The position numbers and the translations under genes were made by a program. Source: Candidatus Shapirobacteria bacterium CG_4_10_14_0_8_um_filter_39_15 (lineage in GTDB: Bacteria; Patescibacteriota; Microgenomatia; UM-FILTER-39-15). Taken from it: a stretch of DNA of 64,000 nt. Shown here piece by piece: positions 1 to 9,346 of this stretch. The notes under the pieces are model-generated. The model searched no databases, was not told the origin of the DNA, and saw only the letters and a list, made by a program, of their open reading frames with translations. Within the stretch, counting starts at the first letter, position 1; each line of letters opens with the position of its first letter. The DNA lies in contig PFLE01000004.1 of assembly GCA_002784465.1 (NCBI GenBank), forward strand, positions 8,494 to 72,493. The letters run 5' to 3'.

Positions 1-845
1 CATTTTATCCCTTGCGAAACGGGGTGATTGCTGATTTTGACGCAACCCAGGCAATGCTGGAATATTATATAAGAAAAGTTCACGAGACGCCGGGCTGGAT
101 TCCGAAAATTCCTAAACCAAAAGTTGTTATCGGCGTTCCTTCCGGCGTGACCGAAGTGGAAAGACGGGCGGTTCAAGAAGCAGCCTTGAGTGCCGGAGCA
201 CGAAGGGCTTATTTAATTGAAGAGCCAATGGCGGCGGCGATTGGTATCGGCTTGCCCATTAATGATCCGTCGGGAATTTTTATTTGCGATATTGGCGGGG
301 GGACTTCGGAAATTGCCATTATTTCTTTGGGGGGAATTGTGATCAACCGGTCGGTTCGAGTGGCCGGTACGGAAATGGATGAAGCGATTGTCAATTTTTG
401 CCGGCTGAAATATTCACTGCTGATTGGTTTGCCGACGGCCGAAGAAGTGAAAATTACTTTAGGCAGCGTCTATCCGAAAAAAGAAGAAACGCAAGCGGTC
501 GTTCGGGGGCGGGATTTGGGTACCGGCTTGCCCAGATCCGTCAGAATTTCTTCCTCCGAAATCCGTGAAGCCTTGTCGCCGATTGCTTCGCAAATCGTTT
601 CCCATATCCATGATGTTTTGGAAGAAACGCCGCCGGAATTGGTTTCCGATATTATTAATCGCGGCTTGATTTTATGCGGAGGAACAAGCCAAATTGACGG
701 GTTTGACAAATTAGTGGCCGAGGCGACCAAAATGCCGGTTTGGGTAGCTGATGATCCGGCAACCGCGGTGGTCAAGGGTTGCGGCAAGGTTTTAGAAAAT
801 ACCAAGTTATTAGAAAGAGTGAAGATAACGGGAGGATTAAAATGA
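1..845 (+). CDS. mreB: Rod shape-determining protein MreB (5' partial, gene starts upstream of window)
   Basis: The translation from position 12 (RNGVIADFDATQAMLEYYIRKV ... DIGGGTSEIAIISLGG) matches the middle and C-terminal actin-like MreB fold. There is no in-frame stop before position 12, so the N-terminus lies outside the window. Confidence 0.9.
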   Translation, partial: FYPLRNGVIADFDATQAMLEYYIRKVHETPGWIPKIPKPKVVIGVPSGVTEVERRAVQEAALSAGARRAYLIEEPMAAAIGIGLPINDPSGIFICDIGGGTSEIAIISLGGIVINRSVRVAGTEMDEAIVNFCRLKYSLLIGLPTAEEVKITLGSVYPKKEETQAVVRGRDLGTGLPRSVRISSSEIREALSPIASQIVSHIHDVLEETPPELVSDIINRGLILCGGTSQIDGFDKLVAEATKMPVWVADDPATAVVKGCGKVLENTKLLERVKITGGLK

Positions 846-850
846 CATCA

Positions 851-948
851 GTCATCCTGAACATAGTGAAGGATCTAGGCTGAAAGCCGTAAACGCTTCG
901 CCAAGTCAGACTTGGTTTTGCTAGATTCCTCGCTACGCTCGGAATGAC
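851..948. repeat. Hairpin repeat family R, copy 1 (termini GTCATCCTGAAC ... GCTCGGAATGAC)
   Basis: Imperfect approximately 98-bp palindrome with nested inverted repeats (GAAGGATCTAG/CTAGATTCCTC and CAAGTCAGACTTG), lying between mreB and mreC. Confidence 0.8.
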
Positions 949-959
949 AAAAGAAAAAA

Positions 960-1733
960 ATGGAAAATACAAATAAGTCACCCATAAAAATATTCCTGAT
1001 ATTAATTTCCTTAAGTTTACTGATTTTTTTAGCTGACCGAGTTGGTATGTTGTCTTCTACCAAGGGTGTTCTGGAAAATATTTTTGTTCCGATTGAACGT
1101 TTTGTTTACCAGAAGAAAATTTCCTTGACTGTTGATTCCTCATCAGAAATCGCCCAATTACAAAAGGAAAACCGGAAACTGGTTAATCTGGTTGTTCAGT
1201 TGGAAACTTGTCAAAAAGAAAATAACGATATGCGCCGCCTGCTAAATGCGCCGTTGCCGTCGGAGTGGAAATTTCTGCCGGCCAAAATAATCGGTTTTAA
1301 TGAAGGAACAATTTTATTGGATAAAGGGTCGAATCAAAAACTTGGAAGCGGATCGATAGCTGTTTATGAAAATATTTATGTTGGGAAAATTTCCTATTTG
1401 GGAGAAAATTTTTCTCGGCTGATAACCCCCTTAAGTCCGTATTCCAAAATTTTGGCCGTTGTCAAGGATCCCCAGCAATCCGGATTTATCGCCCGCGGCT
1501 TGCTCATTTCCCAAAACAATAAACTCTATCTTCAAAAAATTTTACTGGAGGTTCATCCGCAAGTTAATGATTTGGTTCTGACTGATATACAAGGAGGATT
1601 GCCGCCGGATTTGCCGATTGGTAAAATCACGAAAATCAATAAAAAAGATAACGATATTTTTCAGGAGGCGGAAATCGAGCCGCTGGTCGGTTATCAGCGA
1701 ATAAGCAATCTTTTTTTAACCAATTTTGATTGA
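960..1733 (+). CDS. mreC: Rod shape-determining protein MreC
   Basis: 257 aa with an N-terminal TM helix and a coiled-coil, immediately downstream of mreB in the canonical mreBCD order. Confidence 0.8.
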   Translation: MENTNKSPIKIFLILISLSLLIFLADRVGMLSSTKGVLENIFVPIERFVYQKKISLTVDSSSEIAQLQKENRKLVNLVVQLETCQKENNDMRRLLNAPLPSEWKFLPAKIIGFNEGTILLDKGSNQKLGSGSIAVYENIYVGKISYLGENFSRLITPLSPYSKILAVVKDPQQSGFIARGLLISQNNKLYLQKILLEVHPQVNDLVLTDIQGGLPPDLPIGKITKINKKDNDIFQEAEIEPLVGYQRISNLFLTNFD

Positions 1734-2078
1734 ATGAACGCCTTTCTGATTTTTTTACTTTTCTTGATCGCCTGGAAAATGCCGGAAAAAATTTCTTTGA
1801 TCCTGGCCTTTTTGAGCGGTTTGACAATTGATCTTTTGTCCGGAACAACTTTGGGTTTTTCCTCTTTTATTTTTACCGCCGGAGTTTTTTTGGTTCTTCA
1901 ATATCGGCGGAAATTCAGTTTTTCTCATCCGTTAATTTTGCTTATCTTTTTTATTTTATTTAATTTTTCTTTACAATTGACAACCGGCAGCAAATTTTCC
2001 CTAATCGAACTAATCTTATTTTCTGTGGTTATTCAAGTGATTAATTTAGTTTTTTACCAACCGGAGATTAGATTGTGA
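1734..2078 (+). CDS. mreD: Rod shape-determining protein MreD (small polytopic membrane protein)
   Basis: 114 aa hydrophobic protein between mreC and the PBP2 gene, consistent with mreBCD-mrdA synteny. Confidence 0.65.
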   Translation: MNAFLIFLLFLIAWKMPEKISLILAFLSGLTIDLLSGTTLGFSSFIFTAGVFLVLQYRRKFSFSHPLILLIFFILFNFSLQLTTGSKFSLIELILFSVVIQVINLVFYQPEIRL

Positions 2079-3631
2079 ACAAAAGATATCTGCTTTTTTA
2101 TTCTTTATTAATAATCGGTTTTTTGATTTTGGTTGGTCGATTGGTTCAATTGACAATTATCGAAGGAGCGGTTAATCGGGGATCGGCGGACAATCAAAGA
2201 TTGCGTTTAAGAAAAATTTCCGCCTTAAGGGGTATTATTTACGACCGAAATGGTAATTCATTAGTCAGAAACACGCCGGTTTTTAAAATTTGTTCCGGAC
2301 AGCCTAATCAATGCCGGGAAATTGATCAACTGAAAGCTTTGCAGATGGAAGCCGCCAATCAAGATGCCAATTTAGTTATTGATAACGGGCGGCAATATCT
2401 TTATGGGCAAGCAACAGCTCATTTGTTAGGATATTTAAGTGAAGCGTCGGAAACCGAAGTGAGAAATGGGACGCGTGATGCGGGACAGAAAATAGGAAGA
2501 AGCGGGATGGAACAGCAATATAACCAAACATTAAAAGGAACGGACGGCGGAGAATTGGTGGAAGTTAATACTAATGGAGAAACCTTACGGGCAATCGGGA
2601 AAAAAGAGCCGGTGGCCGGTAAAGATCTTTATTTAACGGTTGATGCCAATTTGCAAAAGGTTGCTTATCAGGCATTAGAAGGAAAAAAGGGAGCGGTGGT
2701 TGCTTCCAATCCGAAAACTGGAGAAATATTAGCTCTAGTTTCTTCGCCAAGTTTTGATTCGTCGCAAATCGCTCAAGGCTTAAATGATTCGAATCTGCCG
2801 CTTTTTAATCGAGCTATTGGCGGGGTTTATCCGCCCGGGTCAACTTTCAAAATTATTGTGGCGGCAGCCGGTTTGGAAAGCGGAACCATCAATAGTCAGA
2901 TTTTGATCAATGACCCGGGTATTATTAATGTCAATGGCTATCATTACAGTAATTGGTATTTTACTCAATACGGAAAAACGGAAGGGTTAATTAATATCAC
3001 CACCGCGTTAAAAAGATCAACCGATACCTTCTTTTATCAACTGGGGGAAATGACTGGGGCGCCAAAAATTATTGATTGGGCAAAAAAATTCGGCGTTGGA
3101 AATTATACCGGTATTGATTTGGACGGGGAAACCACCGGATTTATGCCCGACCCGCAAACCGGAACCTGGTTTTTGGGCAACACTTATCATTTGTCAATCG
3201 GCCAGGGAGCTTTGGGATTAACGCCATTGCAGGTAAATCAAATGACGTCAGTGATCGCATCGGGGGGAAAACTTTGTAAGCCGACATTAATTTCAGATAA
3301 CCAGAATACCAGACAATCAGACTGCCAGAATATCGGAATAAAACCGGAGACAATAAAAATAATCACTGAAGGAATGAAAGAAGCGTGTTCAACCGGAGGG
3401 ACGGCCTTTCCTTTATTTGGTTTTCAGCCGGAAGTTGCCTGTAAAACCGGGACCGCGGAATATGGCGATCCTCAAGGAAAAACTCATGCCTGGTTAACCG
3501 CTTTCGCGCCCGCTGACAAACCGGAAATTGCGGTGACGGTTTTGGTTGAAGGAGGAGGAGGCGGTGGTGAAGGATCAGCCGTGGCCGCCCCGATTGCCAA
3601 AAAGGTTCTGGAAGAATACTTCAGAAAATAG
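2075..3631 (+). CDS. mrdA: Penicillin-binding protein 2 (transpeptidase)
   Basis: Carries SxxK (GSTFKII), SxN-like (YHYSNW) and KTG (KTGTAEY) transpeptidase motifs, with an N-terminal membrane anchor and a Gly-rich C-terminus. Confidence 0.85.
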   Translation: MNKRYLLFYSLLIIGFLILVGRLVQLTIIEGAVNRGSADNQRLRLRKISALRGIIYDRNGNSLVRNTPVFKICSGQPNQCREIDQLKALQMEAANQDANLVIDNGRQYLYGQATAHLLGYLSEASETEVRNGTRDAGQKIGRSGMEQQYNQTLKGTDGGELVEVNTNGETLRAIGKKEPVAGKDLYLTVDANLQKVAYQALEGKKGAVVASNPKTGEILALVSSPSFDSSQIAQGLNDSNLPLFNRAIGGVYPPGSTFKIIVAAAGLESGTINSQILINDPGIINVNGYHYSNWYFTQYGKTEGLINITTALKRSTDTFFYQLGEMTGAPKIIDWAKKFGVGNYTGIDLDGETTGFMPDPQTGTWFLGNTYHLSIGQGALGLTPLQVNQMTSVIASGGKLCKPTLISDNQNTRQSDCQNIGIKPETIKIITEGMKEACSTGGTAFPLFGFQPEVACKTGTAEYGDPQGKTHAWLTAFAPADKPEIAVTVLVEGGGGGGEGSAVAAPIAKKVLEEYFRK

Positions 3632-3639
3632 ACAAATGC

Positions 3640-3873
3640 TCACAGAATACTTCCTCCCCCGTGATAGGGAAAAAGTCCCGGAATTTGTGTCATCATTTGT
3701 TCGGTTTCCAACTCAGTTCGAGCAACCTCATCTGGTGTGGGGGATCGTTTGAGAATATCCGCCAGAAACGCCTTGGTAACGTTATCTCTGAATCTGGCAT
3801 AGATCTTGATGCTACCGGTAACGATCAAACAGCTAACTGCAAAACAGATGATCCCAGTAATAATTAAAGCCAT
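3640..3873 (-). CDS. Hypothetical small membrane protein
   Basis: 77 aa ORF with one TM helix and no recognisable motif. Confidence 0.3.
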   Translation of the reverse strand: MALIITGIICFAVSCLIVTGSIKIYARFRDNVTKAFLADILKRSPTPDEVARTELETEQMMTQIPGLFPYHGGGSIL

Positions 3874-4548
3874 TTGTCCCTCCTCTTTAGAAATACCTTA
3901 ATTTTTTTGGGATATTTAGTTGACGAAATTGACGCTAATACCTATTCGGCGCAAATGCAAAGATTGCGAAACCAGGGTTGGTATCAGCGGTCAACGGTTC
4001 AATCAACCATTTCCCGATTGCTTTCGGTAGGGGATATCGAAAAGACAATTAAAAATGGAAGAAGCTATTATCGCTTGACTTCCAAAGGGTCAGAAAGAAT
4101 AAAAGAAGATGTTCCTTTATTGAAATTAGCCGAAAAATCTTGGGATGGGAAGTGGAGAATGGTTATTTTTGACATCAAAGAAAAATATCGACGCCAAAGG
4201 GAAGGCTTAAGAAGGAAACTTTTGTCATTAGGTTTTGGCATGTGGCAGGAATCAGTTTATATTACCCCCTTTGATATTGCCCAAGAAGTAAATCAGTATC
4301 TTCTTTCCCAAAAACTTTTTCCCCATGCGATTTGTCTGGTGGCCAAAAGGAATGAAGTGGGGGATGAAAAAATTCTGGCGAATTATATCTGGAAATTAGA
4401 TAAGGAGATATTGTTCTCCAATGCCCAAGGCCCCAGCAGAAGGCTGACGGCAATTTCGAGAAACGAGAGCTCCTCGGGGGGATTAAGAAAGAGCTTTTTC
4501 ACTTTTCACCTCCTTTTTTGCGACCAACTTCTTAAATTGCTGACTTAG
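3874..4548 (+). CDS. PaaX-like winged-helix regulator, paralog 1 (C-terminal part degenerate)
   Basis: Shares the core WDGKWRMVIFDIKEKYRRQREGLRRKLLSLGFGMWQESVYITPFD with four other ORFs in this window. It has an N-terminal wHTH-like segment but lacks the C-terminal DDPxLP..LLP..W.G motif seen in the other paralogs. Confidence 0.6.
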   Translation: MSLLFRNTLIFLGYLVDEIDANTYSAQMQRLRNQGWYQRSTVQSTISRLLSVGDIEKTIKNGRSYYRLTSKGSERIKEDVPLLKLAEKSWDGKWRMVIFDIKEKYRRQREGLRRKLLSLGFGMWQESVYITPFDIAQEVNQYLLSQKLFPHAICLVAKRNEVGDEKILANYIWKLDKEILFSNAQGPSRRLTAISRNESSSGGLRKSFFTFHLLFCDQLLKLLT

Positions 4549-4585
4549 ATTGTTATAATTGTTAGATTGTTATAATGTTAGAATG
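4548..4585. repeat. AT-rich TTGTTATA / TTGCTATA motif element (copy upstream of dprA)
   Basis: GATTGTTATAATTGTTAGATTGTTATAATGTTAGAATG. Related copies occur at 5676-5760, 31498-31586 and 53687-53731. Confidence 0.6.
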
Positions 4586-5670
4586 TGACGAATGAAGAGA
4601 AAAAATATTGGATTGGGTTTTCCTGCGTGCCGGGAATTGGGCCAAAGAAATTTAAAACTTTATTAAAATATTTCGGGTCGGCGGAGAAGGCCTGGAAAGG
4701 GGACTTACGGGAAGTTGGATTTAAGGAAGAATCCATTAGGAATTTTAATAATTTTAGAGAAAAGTTTGACTTTTCTTCGTATTTCCTTCGGTTAGAAAAA
4801 CTGGGTGTAAATAGCCTAATACTAGAGGATAAAAATTACCCAGAAAGTTTGAAACAGCTGGAGGATGCCCCCTTTGTGATTTACCTGTTGGGAGAAATTT
4901 TACCGTCTGATGAATTGGCAATTGGAATTGTGGGAACCAGAAAGATTACGGGCTATGGAAAACAGGTGACCGAGAGTTTGACGGCCGATTTAGTCAGTAA
5001 TGGTTTAACAATCGTTTCCGGTTTGGCCTATGGAGTGGATTACGCGGCTCACTCAACCGCATTGGAAATGGGCGGCCGAACCATCGGGGTTTGGGCCGGC
5101 GGTTTGGATACGGTTAATGATGGATTTAGAAAATCTTTGGTGGAAAAAATTTTGAAGCAAAAACAGGGAACGATTATTTCCGAATATCCTTTAGGTTTTG
5201 AGCCGCGGCGGACGACTTTTCCCCAAAGAAACCGAATTATTTCCGGCTTGTCATTGGGAGTTTTGGTCACTGAAGCAGCCGAGGACTCGGGTTCCCTAAT
5301 AACCGCCAAATGTGCCGTAGAACAAGGACGAAAAGTTTTTGCTGTCCCGGGTCCAATTACTTCCTCGTTAAGTGCCGGTACCGCGAAGCTTCTAAAAGAA
5401 AAAGCAATTTTAGTTTATAATGTTAAAGATATTCTGGATGAAATTAATATCGCGGTTAGGGAAAAGGGGCTAGCGGCGAGGGAGATATTACCAGAGAACG
5501 AGAACGAGGAAAAAATTCTGGCGTCGTTGAAAAATGAGAACCGAAACATTGACGAGATTGCTAAAATAACTAGAATAGAAATAAGCCAACTTTCAGGGAT
5601 AATGGCGATTCTGGAATTAAAAGGTATAGTGGTAAATTTAGGGGGATCCGTTTTTGGTTTAGGAAGATAG
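4585..5670 (+). CDS. dprA: DNA processing protein DprA (Smf)
   Basis: Rossmann-like DprA core (GIVGTRKITGYGKQ ... VSGLAYGVDYAAH ... AVPGPI) plus a C-terminal wHTH. Confidence 0.85.
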   Translation: MTNEEKKYWIGFSCVPGIGPKKFKTLLKYFGSAEKAWKGDLREVGFKEESIRNFNNFREKFDFSSYFLRLEKLGVNSLILEDKNYPESLKQLEDAPFVIYLLGEILPSDELAIGIVGTRKITGYGKQVTESLTADLVSNGLTIVSGLAYGVDYAAHSTALEMGGRTIGVWAGGLDTVNDGFRKSLVEKILKQKQGTIISEYPLGFEPRRTTFPQRNRIISGLSLGVLVTEAAEDSGSLITAKCAVEQGRKVFAVPGPITSSLSAGTAKLLKEKAILVYNVKDILDEINIAVREKGLAAREILPENENEEKILASLKNENRNIDEIAKITRIEISQLSGIMAILELKGIVVNLGGSVFGLGR

Positions 5671-5675
5671 AGGAT

Positions 5676-5760
5676 GATTGCTATATTGCTATATTGCTAT
5701 ATTGTTAGCCTGCGGGTAGAAAATAACAATATAACAATCGTAACAATATAACAATTATTG
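5676..5760. repeat. AT-rich TTGCTATA motif element forming a long imperfect inverted repeat (dprA-topA intergenic)
   Basis: GATTGCTATATTGCTATATTGCTATATTGTTAGCC, a loop, then AACAATATAACAATCGTAACAATATAACAATTATTG. Confidence 0.6.
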
Positions 5761-5761
5761 T

Positions 5762-7771
5762 ATGGATTTAATTATAGTAGAATCACCAACAAAAGCGCGA
5801 ACGTTATCAAGATTCCTGGGGTCTGATTATCAGATCGAAGCCACCATGGGCCATATCCGTGATTTGCCGCAAAAAAAGTTTGCCATTAAAACCGATAAGG
5901 ATTTTGAACCGGAATATGCGGTTGTTCCCGGAAAAGAAGAAACCATTAAAAGATTGCAAACCTTAGCCAAAAAGGCTGGTAAAATTTATCTGGCAACAGA
6001 CCCCGATCGCGAGGGAGAAGCAATCGCATGGCATGCTCGCATTGCCTGCGAAAATCCGAAATCCGAAGCACGAAATTCGAAATTTGTGAGAGCAACCTTT
6101 CACGAAATTACTAAGACGGCAATTGAACACGCGCTGAAAAACCCACGTGATATTGATATGGCCCTAGTTAATGCCCAGCAGGCGAGGAGAGTTTTGGATC
6201 GGATTGTCGGTTACAAACTCTCGCCTCTTTTGTGGTTTAAAATCCGCAAGGGTTTATCGGCAGGTAGAGTCCAAACTGTCGCGGTCCGTTTAATCGTCGA
6301 GCGGGAAAGAGAAATTGAAAAATTCATTACAGTAGAATATTGGGAAATTTTCGTGGGTTTGAAAAAACATTTGGGCGGGATGATGCCGGATGCCTCGATT
6401 TTTAATGCCAAACTAATTTCTGAAAACGGCCAAAAATTGGAATTGCATAATCAGCAAGAATCGGATATTCGGGTAAGTGAGTTAAATGACGCTGGTTATG
6501 AAGTCCAAAATATTGAGAAAAAACTGGCCAAAAGACCGCCGCCCCCGCCATTTACGACTTCGACTTTACAACAGCAAGCCGCCAATCGTTTGGGTTGGCC
6601 GGCTAAAAAAACGATGAGCGTTGCCCAAAGTCTTTATGAAAAAGGTTTAATTACTTATCACCGGACCGATTCGACTAATTTGGCAATGGAGGCGGTGATT
6701 GCCGCCAGAGAATTTATTAAACAAAAATACGGAGAGAATTTTTTACCCGAAAAACCAAGGTTTTACAAAACAAAATCAAAAGTAGCGCAGGAAGCGCATG
6801 AAGCGATACGTCCAACTGAAGTTGGGTGGGAAGCGGGAAGCGGGAAGCTGCTTGCCCTGAGCGGAGTCGAAGGGGAAGTTGGATACGATGAACAAAAATT
6901 ATACGATTTGATTTGGAAAAGATTTACGGCCTGTCAAATGAGCGAGGCAGTTTTTGATGAGACAAAGTTATCAGTCTTGGCTACATCTAAAACTAACCAT
7001 TATGATTTGGAAACCTTGGGAAGAATAATCAAATTTGCCGGCTGGTTAACTTTGTACGGTAAGGGCGAGAGTGACGAAGACGGGCAATTGCAACTACCAG
7101 AATTGTTTATCGGCGATGAATTAGATTTGGTGAAAGTGAACCCGCTACAGAAATTTACCAAACCGCCGGCGAGATATAACGAGGCTTCTTTAATTAAAAC
7201 TTTGGAAGAATACGGAATTGGCCGGCCGTCAACTTATGCCCCGACGATTTCCACAATTCAAGACCGGATGTATGTTGAAAAAACAGAGAATAAATTTTCC
7301 CCAACTTCCTTGGGAATAGCGGTTAATGATTTCCTGCTGGAATATTTTCCGGACATTTTTGATTATCAATTTACTGCCCACATGGAAGACGATTTGGATG
7401 AAATTGCCAACGGAAAAAAGGAATGGGTGCCGGTAATTAGAGAATTTTTCGAACCATTTAACACGAAGTTGACCAGTGTTTCCAAAGTTTCCGAAAGAGT
7501 GGCTGTCGAAACGGAAGTCACAGACGAAAAATGTCCGCAGTGCGGCGCGCCCCTGGTAGTTCGTTTAGGCCGTTATGGTAAATTTCTTTCCTGCTCAAAA
7601 TTCCCGGAATGTAAATTCACGAAACCTTTCATAAAAGAAGCCGGTTTTAATTGTCCAAAATGCGGCGCACCGGTGGTTTTAAGAAAAACTAAAAAAGGGA
7701 AAACTTTTTACGGTTGTTCCAAATGGCCTAAGTGTGATTTTGCCACCTGGCGTAAACCAAACGTCAACTGA
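5762..7771 (+). CDS. topA: DNA topoisomerase I
   Basis: Toprim N-terminus (IIVESPTKARTL), a catalytic domain, and two C-terminal zinc ribbons (CPQCGAPLVVRLGRYGKFLSCSKFPEC and CPKCGAPVVLRKTKKGKTFYGCSKWPKC). Confidence 0.92.
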   Translation: MDLIIVESPTKARTLSRFLGSDYQIEATMGHIRDLPQKKFAIKTDKDFEPEYAVVPGKEETIKRLQTLAKKAGKIYLATDPDREGEAIAWHARIACENPKSEARNSKFVRATFHEITKTAIEHALKNPRDIDMALVNAQQARRVLDRIVGYKLSPLLWFKIRKGLSAGRVQTVAVRLIVEREREIEKFITVEYWEIFVGLKKHLGGMMPDASIFNAKLISENGQKLELHNQQESDIRVSELNDAGYEVQNIEKKLAKRPPPPPFTTSTLQQQAANRLGWPAKKTMSVAQSLYEKGLITYHRTDSTNLAMEAVIAAREFIKQKYGENFLPEKPRFYKTKSKVAQEAHEAIRPTEVGWEAGSGKLLALSGVEGEVGYDEQKLYDLIWKRFTACQMSEAVFDETKLSVLATSKTNHYDLETLGRIIKFAGWLTLYGKGESDEDGQLQLPELFIGDELDLVKVNPLQKFTKPPARYNEASLIKTLEEYGIGRPSTYAPTISTIQDRMYVEKTENKFSPTSLGIAVNDFLLEYFPDIFDYQFTAHMEDDLDEIANGKKEWVPVIREFFEPFNTKLTSVSKVSERVAVETEVTDEKCPQCGAPLVVRLGRYGKFLSCSKFPECKFTKPFIKEAGFNCPKCGAPVVLRKTKKGKTFYGCSKWPKCDFATWRKPNVN

Positions 7772-7789
7772 CAAGGTTAGACCTTGTCA
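7769..7789. repeat. REP-like 21-bp perfect palindrome TGACAAGGTTAGACCTTGTCA (copy 1; overlaps the topA TGA stop and the RAYT stop)
   Basis: Exact palindrome read directly from the sequence. Confidence 0.9.
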
Positions 7790-8502
7790 CTAATAGTATC
7801 AGCGTTGTCGAGAGCGAATTTACCTAATAGTTCTTCAGAATTTCCCGCATAGTCTTCAATAAATTTTTTATAAGAATTTATTTCTTTAGGAATAAGAAGA
7901 TTGGTGGAATCGAAATAATCAAGAATAATTTTTGGCTTAATCCAATCGGCAGATTTATTGCCTAGATAATAATTATAACTGGAGTAGGGAGAATTGACAG
8001 GGTTAAATCCTTTATTCGATAGTTCTTTAGGATTGAGATGAATATATCGAGATAAATGTAATAGATAAGAATCTTCCTGAATTAAAGCTGCCTTAAAGGC
8101 TCCTTGGAAAAGATGCCCAACTCTTTTATATCGACTATTGAAATACATAGAATAAGTTGTTAAAAGTCTTCTTAGTAATTTAGTCATTCCGTCTAAGGTC
8201 AATTGTTGTATGAGTAAATGAAAATGGTTCGGCATAAGACAATAGGCTAGTAAGATAACTTCGTTTTTTAGATTTTGGAGCGGTCGTAATCTGACAGGGT
8301 TAAACCCTGTCAGGATAAGATTAGCAAGTGGGTGTTGTTTTTGGTCGTTTTTGGTTTGCTCGGAGAGATAATACTTTAGTAGATGTAAAAAAACTCGATA
8401 ATCTTGGTCATCTAAAAAAATGTTACGTTTTTCAACTCCTCGATTGTAAACATGGTAGAATCCGTTTTCCACATACTGCTTAATAATATTTCTGGAGGGC
8501 AT
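7777..8502 (-). CDS. REP-associated tyrosine transposase (RAYT; IS200/IS605 TnpA-like Y1 HUH enzyme)
   Basis: HUH motif (LMPNHFHLLIQ) and the catalytic-Tyr region (SRYIHLNPKE) match the RAYT signature (YIHxNPV). The gene is bracketed by two copies of the 21-bp palindrome TGACAAGGTTAGACCTTGTCA. Confidence 0.8.
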   Translation of the reverse strand: MPSRNIIKQYVENGFYHVYNRGVEKRNIFLDDQDYRVFLHLLKYYLSEQTKNDQKQHPLANLILTGFNPVRLRPLQNLKNEVILLAYCLMPNHFHLLIQQLTLDGMTKLLRRLLTTYSMYFNSRYKRVGHLFQGAFKAALIQEDSYLLHLSRYIHLNPKELSNKGFNPVNSPYSSYNYYLGNKSADWIKPKIILDYFDSTNLLIPKEINSYKKFIEDYAGNSEELLGKFALDNADTISDKV

Positions 8503-8518
8503 ATTACCTACATTTTAT

Positions 8519-8539
8519 TGACAAGGTTAGACCTTGTCA
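8519..8539. repeat. REP-like palindrome TGACAAGGTTAGACCTTGTCA (copy 2; 17 bp upstream of the RAYT start)
   Basis: Exact palindrome read directly from the sequence. Confidence 0.9.
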
Positions 8540-8600
8540 AGTGGCGAAGAAAAAAAAGAGCCCCCGGCTTTGGAAAATACACAAAGCTAATGGCTCCCCT

Positions 8601-8864
8601 TTATCCTCGCAAAGAAATAGCCAATACCTCTATTGCCACCATAGTTACAAAACTTATAACACGGCGGTTTTTAGAAGCAACATTCAGAGAGGCCGCAATA
8701 AAAATCAACAAGAGTTTGGTTTCTATAATTAAACTTTTGTTTGTTGCGTCCCCAGCCCCTAAGATGATAAAGAACTGGATTAACCAAATACCCAGAAACC
8801 ATTGCAGAACTTGCACAAGTCTAGAGGTTTTGCACCCGAACCATTTTTCGATTTTCCCAGGCAT
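8601..8864 (-). CDS. Hypothetical small membrane protein
   Basis: 87 aa hydrophobic ORF adjacent to the RAYT; there is no homology signal. Confidence 0.3.
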   Translation of the reverse strand: MPGKIEKWFGCKTSRLVQVLQWFLGIWLIQFFIILGAGDATNKSLIIETKLLLIFIAASLNVASKNRRVISFVTMVAIEVLAISLRG

Positions 8865-8883
8865 ATGCCACCTCCTTTGACGG

Positions 8884-9147
8884 TTACATTCCGGAATTCT
8901 TTTGAACTTGATTGGCGATTTCTTCTGCGATCCTATCCAAGACTTTCATCGCCATGTGTTTGGCGAGTAAGGACAAAACTAATTCAACAATCATCAGGAA
9001 AAATCCAATCAAAAAGGCGGTACTTGAAAACGTGCTCGGGAAGAGAAGGGCGATGGTTCCAGCAAGAATGGTTATTATGCCCCAGCCGGTGGCCACGGGA
9101 TTTGCCCCAATCTCCCTAAATTCGTTGGTTAAAAGGATAAAAAACAC
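8884..9147 (-). CDS. Hypothetical small membrane protein (GTG start)
   Basis: 87 aa with two predicted TM helices. Confidence 0.35.
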   Translation of the reverse strand: MFFILLTNEFREIGANPVATGWGIITILAGTIALLFPSTFSSTAFLIGFFLMIVELVLSLLAKHMAMKVLDRIAEEIANQVQKNSGM

Positions 9148-9346
9148 AAAAATTAGCCCGATCCATCTCGGAGGATAGACGATCGCCAGAAATAGAAATC
9201 CAATGACAATAACCCGGAGTCCGTCAAAGATCCAAATCCAACGCTATTGTTTCTTGTTCCAAATCCAGCCCAGGATGATTATTCCCAGGCCGACAAACCG
9301 AACAATTTGGATTTCCATTTGACCTCCTTATGACTGGCGATTTTAA

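Noticed and set aside
209-845. Antisense ORFs inside mreB and many similar antisense or overlapping ORFs in the track (for example 209..394-, 470..805-, 3141..3353-, 5049..5309-, 11282..11783-, 19578..19956-, 38435..38871-, 43596..44393+, 50208..50660-)
   Set aside because: They are embedded in strongly supported conserved genes on the other strand or frame and show no independent coding signal.
9237-9311. A 24-aa hydrophobic peptide ORF (MEIQIVRFVGLGIIILGWIWNKKQ) on the minus strand
   Set aside because: It is too short to support. It may be the leader of the adjacent small membrane-protein genes, but this cannot be judged from sequence alone.
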